Part shown: positions 8,987-17,087 of the stretch, piece after piece
Layout: each line of letters opens with the position of its first letter
Numbering within the stretch: the first letter of the stretch is position 1
Assembly: GCF_000016745.1 (NCBI RefSeq)
Contig: NC_009483.1
Location: forward strand, 2,340,001 to 2,372,000
Length of the DNA: 32,000 nucleotides
Direction of reading: 5' to 3'
Source of the DNA: Geotalea uraniireducens Rf4
GTDB taxonomy: Bacteria > Desulfobacterota > Desulfuromonadia > Geobacterales > Geobacteraceae
The notes under the pieces: generated by a model
The model's database searches: none
What the model saw: the letters and a program-made list of their open reading frames with translations, nothing else
What the model was told of the DNA's origin: nothing
Made by a program: the position numbers and the translations under genes

Positions 8987-9424
8987 TCATAACCTGGTCA
9001 CCTGGATTATCGACCATTTTGCCACAGCAGTGAAATCGGCAATCGTTATGGTGAAGTTGAGACCCGCCCGGACTGCTGTTCCCGGGCTGATATTCGCAGT
9101 AATATTGTTGGCGTAGATGACGTTTCTGTTACTGTCGGTTCCGGCAAAATTCACTAGAACACTGGCGGTTCCCGTCCCGTTGTTTGTTATGTCGACCAGG
9201 GCCTGAGCGGAGACATTGGTTGAGTCGCGTGAAACTTCAACAACCGACAGATTCGTGGCGATTATGGTTCCTGACGGGTCTTTGATGCCTATGACGGCCG
9301 TGGTGGTATTGGTAAACGGTGGAGGAGGAGCTGGCGGGATGGTCGGGTTGTCTTCGGGGAACCACTGGGCGCCGCAGCTGGTCAATGATATGGCCATGAT
9401 TGATATGAGAAGTGAGCGCATCAT
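8987..9424 (-). CDS. Small lipoprotein of unknown function, Thr/Asn/Ser-rich
   Basis: 145 aa. Signal peptide with lipobox (ISLTS-C). AGGAAG lies 7 nt upstream of the ATG. No recognisable catalytic motif. Confidence 0.6.
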   Translation of the reverse strand: MMRSLLISIMAISLTSCGAQWFPEDNPTIPPAPPPPFTNTTTAVIGIKDPSGTIIATNLSVVEVSRDSTNVSAQALVDITNNGTGTASVLVNFAGTDSNRNVIYANNITANISPGTAVRAGLNFTITIADFTAVAKWSIIQVTRL

Positions 9425-9566
9425 TCGGGCTTCCTTTTTGTCCAGGACCGGTCTGCGACGATCATCTCCGTTTGCATGTTTTTACATATCCATGTCAATT
9501 CGCCTGATAATTTAAAGCTAGCCCATAAACGCCGATTGTCAATTCAACAGTATGGGTACATTCGGG

Positions 9567-9599
9567 AAACCTCCGGGGTTTACGAAACCCCGGAGGTTT
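9567..9599. other. Perfect 15-bp stem / 3-nt loop hairpin (AAACCTCCGGGGTTT acg AAACCCCGGAGGTTT)
   Basis: Read directly from the sequence. It lies 21 nt downstream of the stop of the minus-strand gene 9620-10639. On that strand the T-run precedes the stem rather than following it, so it is not a canonical intrinsic terminator. Confidence 0.5.
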
Positions 9600-9619
9600 G
9601 AACCCAAAAAACCGGCGGT

Positions 9620-10639
9620 TTATTTTCTCTGTCCTCTTTGTATGGACCTTCCGCCCCCACGGGAGGGCGGGCTTACCATTCCGCCGCCGCGTGGCGCCGG
9701 ACTGATCATCCTGCCGCCCCGGGGAGACGGGACGGACATGCCGGTGCCACGGGAGGGTGGTGCGGCCATTCTGCTCCCCCGTGATGTCGGTGCGGCCATC
9801 CTGCTGCCGGGGATTGTCCGTGCCCGAGGCCCGTTAAAAATCCTTCTATCGCTCCTTGGAACACCGGTAGAGATAAAACCCCTCGTACGGGAGACACCTA
9901 TACCCGCAAAGGTCCTTCCTCTGAACCTTGTCACGGGGTCGATGCGGAACACCCTGTGTCGCCTCACGTCGTTGAAGTGGTTCGAGACGAACGCCACTCT
10001 CCTGTCGATGATAACGGTCCTATGGAAATCGTTCAGGATGAAGAAGCCGGGAAACCAGAAACCCGTCCACCAGAACGGATAAGGAACCCAGGAATACAGG
10101 TAGTAGTAATCGGGGGGTGGGGCGTAGTACGTGACCACCGGCGGCCCTTGGTTGTTATAGTAGTTGTTTATGACCGTGGGCTCCGGGTAATTTTCAGCGC
10201 CTGGCGGTGTCTCTTCATAGGTTTTTCCGTCGGTGTGAGGTTTAACTGCCAGACTGAGTTCGGCATTGACGTCATTGAATCTTTTGAGTGCTTCCTCCTT
10301 GCCCATTGATATCTTTTTTGCATCCACGGCATCGTTTATCGATTTTTGCAATTCACCGATTATGTCCGGCGTAACAGGGTAATCGGCGATCCACCCGTTC
10401 CGCGGCGTAATGCCGGCTTCTCCCAGAATGGTCTCCGCCTCGGTCTGATCGTCGGTCGTTCCCAGTCCCAGTGCGAATACCAGCTTGACCGCCAGGGTGC
10501 CTTCCCTGATCAATGGTTGTCCTATCGGTGGCGGGCCCTGTTTTGTCTGTTCAGCTTGTGCATGGACCATTATTGGAAACAATATGAGAAGCAGACTGAC
10601 GACGACTAACTTAACCTTGAAAAGCGATCGTCTTTCCAT
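9620..10639 (-). CDS. Secreted protein of unknown function with an aromatic/Pro-rich centre and C-terminal degenerate 10-aa repeats (SRG.RM..P)
   Basis: 339 aa. N-terminal signal peptide (LLLILFPIMVHA-QA). AGGAG RBS. Central segment YYAPPPDYYYLYSWVPYPFWWTGFWFPGFF. Tail GSRMAAPTSRGSRMAAPPSRGTGMSVPSPRGGRMISPAPRGGGMVSPPSRGGG. Confidence 0.7.
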   Translation of the reverse strand: MERRSLFKVKLVVVSLLLILFPIMVHAQAEQTKQGPPPIGQPLIREGTLAVKLVFALGLGTTDDQTEAETILGEAGITPRNGWIADYPVTPDIIGELQKSINDAVDAKKISMGKEEALKRFNDVNAELSLAVKPHTDGKTYEETPPGAENYPEPTVINNYYNNQGPPVVTYYAPPPDYYYLYSWVPYPFWWTGFWFPGFFILNDFHRTVIIDRRVAFVSNHFNDVRRHRVFRIDPVTRFRGRTFAGIGVSRTRGFISTGVPRSDRRIFNGPRARTIPGSRMAAPTSRGSRMAAPPSRGTGMSVPSPRGGRMISPAPRGGGMVSPPSRGGGRSIQRGQRK

Positions 10640-10708
10640 GGCATTCTCCTTTCTTTCTTGGATAATTGGGGTTTCCTGATGGAAACTATCCGGAAAAATC
10701 GGTTAATC

Positions 10709-10724
10709 GGCAAACTGTGGACCA
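10709..10724 (-). promoter_or_regulatory. Candidate sigma-54 promoter (TGGTCC-N5-TTGC) facing the 9620-10639 gene
   Basis: The minus strand reads TGGTCCACAGTTTGCC. GG and GC have the canonical -24/-12 spacing. It lies about 70 nt upstream of the ATG at 10639. Confidence 0.45.
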
Positions 10725-10919
10725 TTAGAACCAACTGCCGGCTAAGGTCTGTTCTTCAAAATTGCTGCGAAGCTCGGCATGGCCCCTTATTCCGCGTGTT
10801 ACGTTCCTAAGGATAAATTATACCGTTTTTTGTCTTTTCCGCACACGTTCAAACCAGAGCGGCGGCACAAATGCAAAATTCGATGATTCACGCCAGGCAG
10901 GATACTTATCCGTAAGTTG

Positions 10920-10956
10920 GTGCAAAGATCTTCACGTGAAGTGCAATGTTTTGCAC
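10920..10956. promoter_or_regulatory. Candidate enhancer (UAS): weak site GTGCAAAGATCTTCAC plus strong palindrome GTGCAATGTTTTGCAC, centres 21 bp apart
   Basis: The strong site is 14/16 identical to the palindrome at 13702-13717 and has the same weak-plus-strong architecture. It lies in the divergent region between the 9620-10639 gene and the kinase/EBP operon. Confidence 0.5.
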
Positions 10957-11062
10957 CACCAAGGTGCCGCAACGTACCTTGTAGTGATGTAACTATTTGT
11001 AATAACACGAAAAATGAATATTCAGTTATCGGCATGCAATATGATATAGTATCGTTAAAACC

Positions 11063-12331
11063 ATGAGTTTTCAGGTGATTATGCTGAAGAAAATATTAGT
11101 TGTATTCGGTTTTGGATTATCGCTGTTTCTTCTCTGGTTTGCCGTGAGCAATTACCGGGCAGCCGGTCCCATTGCCGAAGAAAATCTCCGTGGCCTCGCA
11201 GTATCCTTGGCTGCAGCGATCGAGAATACTACCAGACAAGACCCTTCATTCAAGTCCTTGACCGGGTTTCACCCTTCCGACGTTGCTTTTTTTGCCATAA
11301 TCGATCGGAAGGGAACCATTCGCTTCCATTCGAACTCCGACCTCATCGGGAGTTCCACGGACAATCGCGATGTTCTGGCGGTCATGCAGAACAAAGTAAT
11401 ATCCGAATCGAGAGTGGTGCTTGGTACCGGAGAAAAAGCGTACCTATTCGACATTCCTCTCGATATTCACGGGGAGGTGTTTGCCCTTCGGCTTACGCTG
11501 CACACTTATAAGGCCGATGCGGTGGTGAGACGGGCTCGTCTAAATTTTGCCTTGCTCCTGTCGCTCTTGGCCGTCGGGTGGTTTCTGGCCGTTATCATCT
11601 ACCGGTTTGCCAAACGGGAAGAGCGGCACCAGATGGAGATGGCCCATCGGGAGAGCCTGGCCAGGCTCGGAGAAATGGGCGCCATGCTCGCCCATGAGAT
11701 ACGCAATCCCCTGGCGGGGATAAAAGGGTATGCCCAGGTTATCGAGAAAAGACCGGCTGAAGAACGAAACCGCAAGTTTGCTCAAAGCATCGTCAACGAG
11801 GTCCTGCGGCTGGAAAACCTGGTGAACGAACTTCTTGCATATGTGAGAAACGAAAGTACATCCATGAACCTGATCGATAGCGGTGGACTCATTTCCCATG
11901 CCGTTTCTCTGATTCGTCAGGAGGCTGAGCAGCTTCATGTGGCGGTCAGCATCGAATGTCCAGAAAATCTGCCCGTCCTAGGAAACTCGGACCGACTGGT
12001 TCAGGTACTGCTCAATCTTTTTAAAAACGCTCTCCAGGCAATGCCCGACGGCGGCAGTTTGCGCATTTCAGCCGGTATCGCCGGTTCAGCCGTTAGCATA
12101 ACCGTTGCCGATTCGGGAGCCGGCATCAGCCAGGAGGACATGGCGAGGATCTTCGAGCCGTTTTTCACTACCAAAGCACGGGGAACCGGTCTGGGTCTTG
12201 CCCTCTGCAAAAAGATAATCGGCGAGCACAACGGGACGATCAGCGTATCGAGCAGAGTCGGTCAAGGAACTTCAGTATCGATTACCCTTCCTTTGCAAAA
12301 AGGAAATATACCTGGCGGGAGCAGCTTATGA
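11063..12331 (+). CDS. Membrane sensor histidine kinase (two TM segments flanking a periplasmic domain, HisKA, HATPase_c), partner of the downstream sigma-54 activator
   Basis: 422 aa. TM1 [18 protein letters not shown] and TM2 [18 protein letters not shown]-box AHEIRNPL. G-boxes DSGAGI and GTGLGLALC. Its stop overlaps the next start (ATGA). An alternative start is ATG 11081. Confidence 0.88.
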   Translation: MSFQVIMLKKILVVFGFGLSLFLLWFAVSNYRAAGPIAEENLRGLAVSLAAAIENTTRQDPSFKSLTGFHPSDVAFFAIIDRKGTIRFHSNSDLIGSSTDNRDVLAVMQNKVISESRVVLGTGEKAYLFDIPLDIHGEVFALRLTLHTYKADAVVRRARLNFALLLSLLAVGWFLAVIIYRFAKREERHQMEMAHRESLARLGEMGAMLAHEIRNPLAGIKGYAQVIEKRPAEERNRKFAQSIVNEVLRLENLVNELLAYVRNESTSMNLIDSGGLISHAVSLIRQEAEQLHVAVSIECPENLPVLGNSDRLVQVLLNLFKNALQAMPDGGSLRISAGIAGSAVSITVADSGAGISQEDMARIFEPFFTTKARGTGLGLALCKKIIGEHNGTISVSSRVGQGTSVSITLPLQKGNIPGGSSL

Positions 12332-13671
12332 CGGGACGTATACTTATTGTTGAAGACGATGAGACATTCAGGAGCTTTTTACGGACGATCCTGGAGGACG
12401 TCGGGCATGAGGTTCAGGAAGCCGGCGACGGCCTCAAGGGATTGCGTTTGCTGCGACGGGAAAACTTCGACCTGGTGATTTCAGACCTGAAGATGCCGGG
12501 TAAAAGCGGGCTTGAGCTGTTTCGCGAAACGAGACAGGACTCAAGCCCCCCGCAGTTTATCTTTCTGACGGCATTCGGGAAGGTGGAAGAGGCCGTTTCC
12601 GCAATCAAGGAAGGAGCCGTGGATTTCCTGACCAAGCCCCTTTCTGATCCCGACACCCTGCTTGTCCTGGTTGATAAGGTAATTGCATCGCAGGGCCGAG
12701 CACGAGACTATCTATCTCTCAAGGAAGTTGAGGCTGCGGGCCTGCCGCCGGAGGATTTGATTTTCGCCGGGGCGGCCATGAGAGACATACGGAAGATGGT
12801 CCATGAAGTTGCCGCGACCACTGCCAGCGTTCTCATTTACGGTGAGAGCGGCACCGGCAAGGAGTTGGTTGCCCGAACCATTCATTTGCTGAGTCCCAGA
12901 CGTACGGCTGCTTTCGTTCCCTTGAACTGTGCGGCGATTCCTGAGAATCTACTGGAAAGCGAACTTTTTGGTCATGAAAAGGGCGCCTTTACAGGCGCCA
13001 TTCAGGCGCGGCACGGTAAATTCGAGCTGGCCAGGGGAGGGACGATTTTTCTGGATGAAATCGGCGAGATGCCGCTTTCCTTGCAGGTCAAGTTGTTGAG
13101 GGTCTTGCAGGAGCGGGTTTTTGAGCGAGTGGGTGGCGCCAGGGAAATCAAGGCTGATGTGCGGGTTATCGCAGCCACGAACCGCAATCTTCAGGAAGAG
13201 GTGTCGGAACGGAGGTTTCGTGAGGACCTTTACTACCGTCTGAACGTTTTTCCGCTCAGTCTGCCGCCATTGCGGGAGCGTAACGATGCCGTTCATCTGC
13301 TGGCCGATTACTTTCTTCGCCGTTTCAGCCGACAGGTCGGCAAGAAACTCACGGGGATTGACGATGGGGCCTTTAATGCGATGAAAAGTTATGACTGGCC
13401 GGGCAATATTCGCGAGTTGCAGAACGTCATGGAGCGTGCGGTTATCCTGGCGCATGATGTGGTCAGATATAATAATCTGCCGGATCAGATGCTTGCAAAG
13501 TCCGCGTCAACTGCCCGCGGGGGCAAGGATGTCCTGAAATCCGTGGAACGGGAGATGATCATCAAAGCCTTGAACAAGCATGGCGGAAATCGCCGCCTGG
13601 CTGCCGAGGAGCTGGGATTCTCACGCAGGACCTTGCAGTACAAGCTGAAAGAGTTTGGCTTGCTGGATTAA
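12328..13671 (+). CDS. Sigma-54-dependent response regulator (REC, AAA+ and Fis-type HTH; NtrC family)
   Basis: 447 aa. Receiver domain ILIVEDDE...DLVISDLKMPG. Walker A GESGTGKE. The sigma-54 contact loop GAFTGA is present. C-terminal HTH NRRLAAEELGFSRRTLQYKLKEFGL. Confidence 0.93.
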   Translation: MTGRILIVEDDETFRSFLRTILEDVGHEVQEAGDGLKGLRLLRRENFDLVISDLKMPGKSGLELFRETRQDSSPPQFIFLTAFGKVEEAVSAIKEGAVDFLTKPLSDPDTLLVLVDKVIASQGRARDYLSLKEVEAAGLPPEDLIFAGAAMRDIRKMVHEVAATTASVLIYGESGTGKELVARTIHLLSPRRTAAFVPLNCAAIPENLLESELFGHEKGAFTGAIQARHGKFELARGGTIFLDEIGEMPLSLQVKLLRVLQERVFERVGGAREIKADVRVIAATNRNLQEEVSERRFREDLYYRLNVFPLSLPPLRERNDAVHLLADYFLRRFSRQVGKKLTGIDDGAFNAMKSYDWPGNIRELQNVMERAVILAHDVVRYNNLPDQMLAKSASTARGGKDVLKSVEREMIIKALNKHGGNRRLAAEELGFSRRTLQYKLKEFGLLD

Positions 13672-13680
13672 ATGTATCAG

Positions 13681-13718
13681 GTGCAAATCATTGCGTTATC
13701 CGTGCAATGAATTGCACG
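13681..13718. promoter_or_regulatory. Candidate enhancer (UAS): weak site GTGCAAATCATTGCGT plus palindrome CGTGCAAT-GA-ATTGCACG, centres 21 bp apart
   Basis: 8+8 perfect inverted repeat at 13701-13718, read directly from the sequence. It lies about 80 bp upstream of the TGGCACG element at 13792. Confidence 0.55.
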
Positions 13719-13791
13719 AATTTTTACTGAAAATTGGCATTACAAACTTGTAAACGATGCTAAAACAGATAGTTGTGTGGTGTGTGGTTTT

Positions 13792-13807
13792 TGGCACGAA
13801 CTGTGGA
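13792..13807 (+). promoter_or_regulatory. Candidate sigma-54 promoter (TGGCACG-N4-GTGG)
   Basis: TGGCACGAACTGTGGA. The -24 element is perfect. The -12 element is GTGG instead of TTGC, so the conserved C is missing. Spacing is correct. It lies about 45 nt upstream of the ATG at 13853. Confidence 0.4.
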
Positions 13808-13852
13808 ATTCCTTCTGACAGCAAGTAAATCATATCGGGGTATTTTTGTGTG

Positions 13853-14389
13853 ATGGGAAAAAGTCGCTTTTCCTTAATTATAGTGTCTGTCGTCCTTTTG
13901 CATTGCCTTTCAAACGGCAGCGCCTTTGCCGGTTTCGGTTTCGGTGGCTATGACGGCGGGGCGAGCGGTCTGGACTTCAACAAGGGGTATGATGTCAACA
14001 CGGTGGTAACGGTCTCGGGTCGTGTGACATCGCTCCCGCATGCCGGAGAACAGGACCATCTTATCGTCGAGGTCAGCGCCGGCAGTGAAATCGTCAACAT
14101 CAGTCTAGGCCCGAAATCGTTCTGGGAGAAAAAGGATCTAACGCTCCATTTGAACGACGACATCTCCGCCAAGGGATCAAAGGCACAGGGCAAGGACGGT
14201 AAAACCTACCTGATGGCCCAGAAGCTCACTAACAAGACTACCGGTGCCCAGGCGCTGTTAAGGGGGGATAGAGGTGCGCCTGCCTGGTCAGGGAGAACTG
14301 CAAACGGCTCCATGTCCAATCGTCCTGGCGGCGGGATGTTCAGGGGGGGCGGGATGATGCGGGGCGGCGGCGGAATGATGCGCCATTGA
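13853..14389 (+). CDS. Small periplasmic protein with a probable OB-fold-like core and a Gly/Met/Arg tail
   Basis: Signal peptide LLHCLSNGSAFA. Core with VSGRV..., LGPKSFW and LLRGDRGAPAWSGR. This pattern resembles, from memory, the small periplasmic MamS/MamX-like or BOF-type proteins. Tail is RPGGGMFRGGGMMRGGGGMMRH. I prefer the ATG at 13853 over the GTG at 13850. Confidence 0.7.
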   Translation: MGKSRFSLIIVSVVLLHCLSNGSAFAGFGFGGYDGGASGLDFNKGYDVNTVVTVSGRVTSLPHAGEQDHLIVEVSAGSEIVNISLGPKSFWEKKDLTLHLNDDISAKGSKAQGKDGKTYLMAQKLTNKTTGAQALLRGDRGAPAWSGRTANGSMSNRPGGGMFRGGGMMRGGGGMMRH

Positions 14390-14444
14390 CATTGATCGTA
14401 TCACTCTGGTTATCGTCTAAATGCGTTACAATGGAGAGGAGAGC

Positions 14445-15326
14445 GTGAAACATAACCGTTGTTCGGAAAAGTTTATAGCCCTGCTGGTGGTCATGACCGT
14501 TTTGCTGATACCGTCCCGGCTTTTTGCTGAAGAGCCATCATACTCCACCAGCCTCGGTTTTGAGTTCACTACCGGCAAATACGGGACAGGAATTAAAACC
14601 GACGCCATCTTCATGCCGTTCACCGTTGCCGTTTATCCGACGGAGCGGCTCGATTTTTCGCTGCAGATACCCTATGTCTACCAGAGCAGCAGCGCAGTAG
14701 TTGCGGGCGAATTCAGGGGGATGCAGCCGCAATCCATGGGGATGGGCTCGCAGTCGGTCTTGGCCGCCATGGGTAGCATGGGCAGCGGCACCGGCGGGCC
14801 GGGCCCGAGAACTACGGCATCGGCGGCCAATGTCGATAAATCCCAGAACGGACTCGGCGACATCACATTCAGGGCAGGCTACATCGTGGTTCCAGAGGGA
14901 GATTATCTGCCGGGCATCCGTCCCAACTTCTTTGTTAAATTTCCCACCGCCGACAAGAACAAATTTCTCGGGACCGGCGCCTTTGACGGAGGTCTTGCCG
15001 TGGAACTTTTCAAGTGGTTTGGTTATTGGCTCACCATTGGGGAGTTGGGGTATGCAGTCCAGGGCAAATCGTCGGTGCTGGCCGTTAAAAATTACCTCTA
15101 TTACAACGCCGGGGTCGGTTACCAGATCGGCGAACGGCTGCGGCCGATGCTCATGCTCAAAGGGAGCACCCCTCCCGTGGAGGGCGCTTCAGCCCAGCTG
15201 GAGGCGCGATTGAGGGTCAAGTACCAGATTACCGAACATACCGGCATAGACGGTTACGTCTCAAAGGGGATCAATACGTCCAGTCCCGATTACGGCACCG
15301 GTCTGGCGTTCTGTCTCGATTTCTGA
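14445..15326 (+). CDS. Outer-membrane beta-barrel protein (MetA-pathway/phenol-degradation-like transporter family)
   Basis: GTG at 14445 follows GGAGAGGAG directly and is in frame with the ORF-track start at 14421. Signal peptide ends ...SRLFA-EEP. The NGLGDITFRAGY motif is typical of this barrel family. Alternating hydrophobic strands. C-terminal aromatic residue (..FCLDF). Confidence 0.72.
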   Translation: MKHNRCSEKFIALLVVMTVLLIPSRLFAEEPSYSTSLGFEFTTGKYGTGIKTDAIFMPFTVAVYPTERLDFSLQIPYVYQSSSAVVAGEFRGMQPQSMGMGSQSVLAAMGSMGSGTGGPGPRTTASAANVDKSQNGLGDITFRAGYIVVPEGDYLPGIRPNFFVKFPTADKNKFLGTGAFDGGLAVELFKWFGYWLTIGELGYAVQGKSSVLAVKNYLYYNAGVGYQIGERLRPMLMLKGSTPPVEGASAQLEARLRVKYQITEHTGIDGYVSKGINTSSPDYGTGLAFCLDF

Positions 15327-15348
15327 TCGGGGGCGTTAAACGTAGACA

Positions 15349-15542
15349 CAGTAGTGTCCGTAAGAAAATTACACTGACTCACCAGCACATTGCACCCTCC
15401 CCCAGCCCCTCCTTTAGGCCCTTTGGGTCCATCAAGGGAGGGGAGCTTTAAAGTCCCCTCGCCCCTTGTGGACCCAAATTGCGGGCCTAAAGGAGAGGGC
15501 TAGGGTGAGGGGAAGTGCTGACGGAAACCGACACACTAACAG
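15349..15542. mobile_element. Degenerate MITE-like element of the CAG..TGTCCG family enclosing a roughly 138-nt imperfect palindrome (15383-15520)
   Basis: Left end CAGTAGTGTCCGTAAG resembles the right end of the 31050-31268 element (CAGTACTGTCCGGTTAG). The reverse complement of the right end is CTGTTAGTGTGTCGGTTTCC. The interior is a nested GC-rich inverted repeat (GCACCCTCCCCCAGCCCCTCCTTTAGGCCC ... GGGCCTAAAGGAGAGGGCTAGGGTGAGGGG). No intact target-site duplication. Confidence 0.45.
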
Positions 15543-15563
15543 TTAAAATGAAAGGAGTAATCC

Positions 15564-16454
15564 ATGAACAGGAAAATTATCGCAGCAGCAGTCGTGACAG
15601 CAGCATTGACAGGAGCACTTGCGGGATGCGGAGGAAGCGGCACGACCTCTGCGCCAGTATCCGTGAGCGGGACCGTGGCCGACGGTTATCTGGTGGGGGC
15701 CGAGGTCTTCCTCGACAAAAACAATAACTACCAGTGGGACGAAGGTGAGCCGAAGACCATGACCGGGCCTGGAGGAACGTACACGCTGACCATGACGGCG
15801 GGCGACATGGGAAAATACCCGGTCGTGGTCCGTGCCATAGCCGGAAGCACGGTGGATGAAGACACCGGACAGACGGTGCCGAACGATTACGTCATGTCCG
15901 CGCCTCCGGCTGCCGGCGGATTTGTCAGTCCCATGTCGACCCTGGTCAGGGAAAAAATGGAATCGAATCCGGGGATGACCATGGCGCAGGCGATGATACA
16001 GTTGAGGAACCAGCTCAATCTCCCGGCAGGCATGGACATGCTTGCCGACTATGTGGCGGGCTCCGGCTACGGCCCATACCAGGGTCAGTACCAGTCCATG
16101 CACCAGGTTGCCCGGCAGATGGCTGGGCTGATGGCGGACCAGTCCTCGCTCGTCTTGAACGGCAGCGTGGTCAACAAGGGGCGTTATCGGGGGATGATGG
16201 GACAGCTCAACCAGAACCTGCCGCAGATCGCAAACAACGCCTTTCAGGGGATGGGTATGGAAAGCACCTTCATGACCGACATGCGGAGCCGGATGCGGAC
16301 GATGCTTGAATCCATGTCGGCGGTCAACGGTTTCGGCAACTACTCGGCAATGTTCCGTAACATGACCAGTCACCGGTTTTTCTGGAATTACTCAGGCGGT
16401 CGCATGCAACCGGGCAGCGGCATGATGGGCGGTGGTACGAGAGGCATGATGTAA
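15564..16454 (+). CDS. Methionine-rich lipoprotein of unknown function
   Basis: Lipobox LAG-C. GGAG RBS. By my count 31 Met in 296 aa, concentrated in the C-terminal 180 aa. It ends GGRMQPGSGMMGGGTRGMM. Confidence 0.75.
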   Translation: MNRKIIAAAVVTAALTGALAGCGGSGTTSAPVSVSGTVADGYLVGAEVFLDKNNNYQWDEGEPKTMTGPGGTYTLTMTAGDMGKYPVVVRAIAGSTVDEDTGQTVPNDYVMSAPPAAGGFVSPMSTLVREKMESNPGMTMAQAMIQLRNQLNLPAGMDMLADYVAGSGYGPYQGQYQSMHQVARQMAGLMADQSSLVLNGSVVNKGRYRGMMGQLNQNLPQIANNAFQGMGMESTFMTDMRSRMRTMLESMSAVNGFGNYSAMFRNMTSHRFFWNYSGGRMQPGSGMMGGGTRGMM

Positions 16455-16529
16455 CCCGACTCTGCCGCAGCAGGAATGTGTTGATGCGAAAATGTGACGA
16501 TCCTGTTGCTGGCCCGCACAAAAATTGTA

Positions 16530-16559
16530 TTGACATCAGTCGCCGATTTTAGCTATGCT
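16530..16559 (+). promoter_or_regulatory. Sigma-70-like promoter (TTGACA, 18-nt spacer, TATGCT) for the riboswitch-controlled transcript
   Basis: Read directly from the sequence. It lies about 50 nt upstream of the first aptamer. Confidence 0.5.
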
Positions 16560-16607
16560 TCGTCACACGCACGAGCAATCAACTCGTTGCACAATCAGCA
16601 ACAGCTT

Positions 16608-16690
16608 GATAGACGATAATACTTAACCATCCGCGAGGGTGGGGCGGAAAGCCTAAAGGGTCTCCATGAGATAGCCGGGTTGCCGAAATA
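16608..16690 (+). promoter_or_regulatory. GEMM-I class cyclic-dinucleotide riboswitch aptamer, copy 1
   Basis: CGAUAAUACUUAACC, then hairpin CCAUCC-GCGA-GGGUGG with a GNRA loop, then GGCGGAAAGCC, then GGGUCUC...AUAGCCGGGUUGCCGAA. This matches the conserved core of c-di-GMP-I/GEMM-I as I remember it (ACGCAAAGCC ... GGGUUACCGA in Vc2). Confidence 0.8.
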
Positions 16691-16720
16691 TCATACGATA
16701 TTCGGCGACCCGGCTTTTTT
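16674..16720 (+). terminator. Intrinsic terminator forming the expression platform of riboswitch copy 1
   Basis: GCCGGGTTGCCGAAATATC / GATATTCGGCGACCCGGC stem followed by TTTTTT. The 5' arm is the 3' strand of the aptamer, so the two folds are mutually exclusive. Confidence 0.8.
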
Positions 16721-16833
16721 GTGGTCAAAATTGGATAAAGGGGGGTGATAAAGCCGTAAGATGTGACGCGCCTGCGAGGGCGTAAGGTTATGTCGAGTTG
16801 TGAATTACTGTTACTCGGTAATAGTCCTTTAGT

Positions 16834-16916
16834 GGTACACGATAATACTAAACCATCCGTGAGGGTGGGGCGGAAAGCCTATAGGGTCTCAAGTCAGACA
16901 GCCGGGTTGCCGAAAT
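16834..16916 (+). promoter_or_regulatory. GEMM-I class cyclic-dinucleotide riboswitch aptamer, copy 2
   Basis: CGAUAAUACUAAACC, then CCAUCC-GUGA-GGGUGG, then GGCGGAAAGCC, then GGGUCUC...ACAGCCGGGUUGCCGAA. It starts 226 nt after copy 1 and is nearly identical in all conserved positions. Confidence 0.8.
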
Positions 16917-16945
16917 ATCACGAGATATTCGGCAACCCGGTTTTT
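16901..16945 (+). terminator. Intrinsic terminator forming the expression platform of riboswitch copy 2
   Basis: GCCGGGTTGCCGAAATATC / GATATTCGGCAACCCGG stem with one bulged A, followed by TTTTT. It shares its 5' arm with the aptamer. Confidence 0.8.
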
Positions 16946-17087
16946 ATTTGCCCATTTACCGGATGTGGCCGAAAAAAGTAACTCGTGAACAAGGTTCGGA
17001 TCACCCCATGACGGGCAGTGGGATTGAGCCGGAAGGACAACAAAAATTGCTGTGCCGTCTGGCGCAGCAAGGAGCAAAGGAGAAACA

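Noticed and set aside
9552-10082. 176-aa plus-strand ORF with PPR/PRG repeats
   Set aside because: It is antisense to the C-terminal repeat region of the 9620-10639 gene, which has a signal peptide and an RBS.
15543-16373. 276-aa minus-strand ORF
   Set aside because: It is antisense to the Met-rich lipoprotein gene, which has an RBS and a lipobox. The antisense product is His/Arg/Gly-rich low-complexity sequence.
16763-16981. 72-aa plus-strand ORF upstream of the cytochrome gene
   Set aside because: It spans riboswitch copy 2 and its terminator and has no RBS. RNA structure explains the region better.
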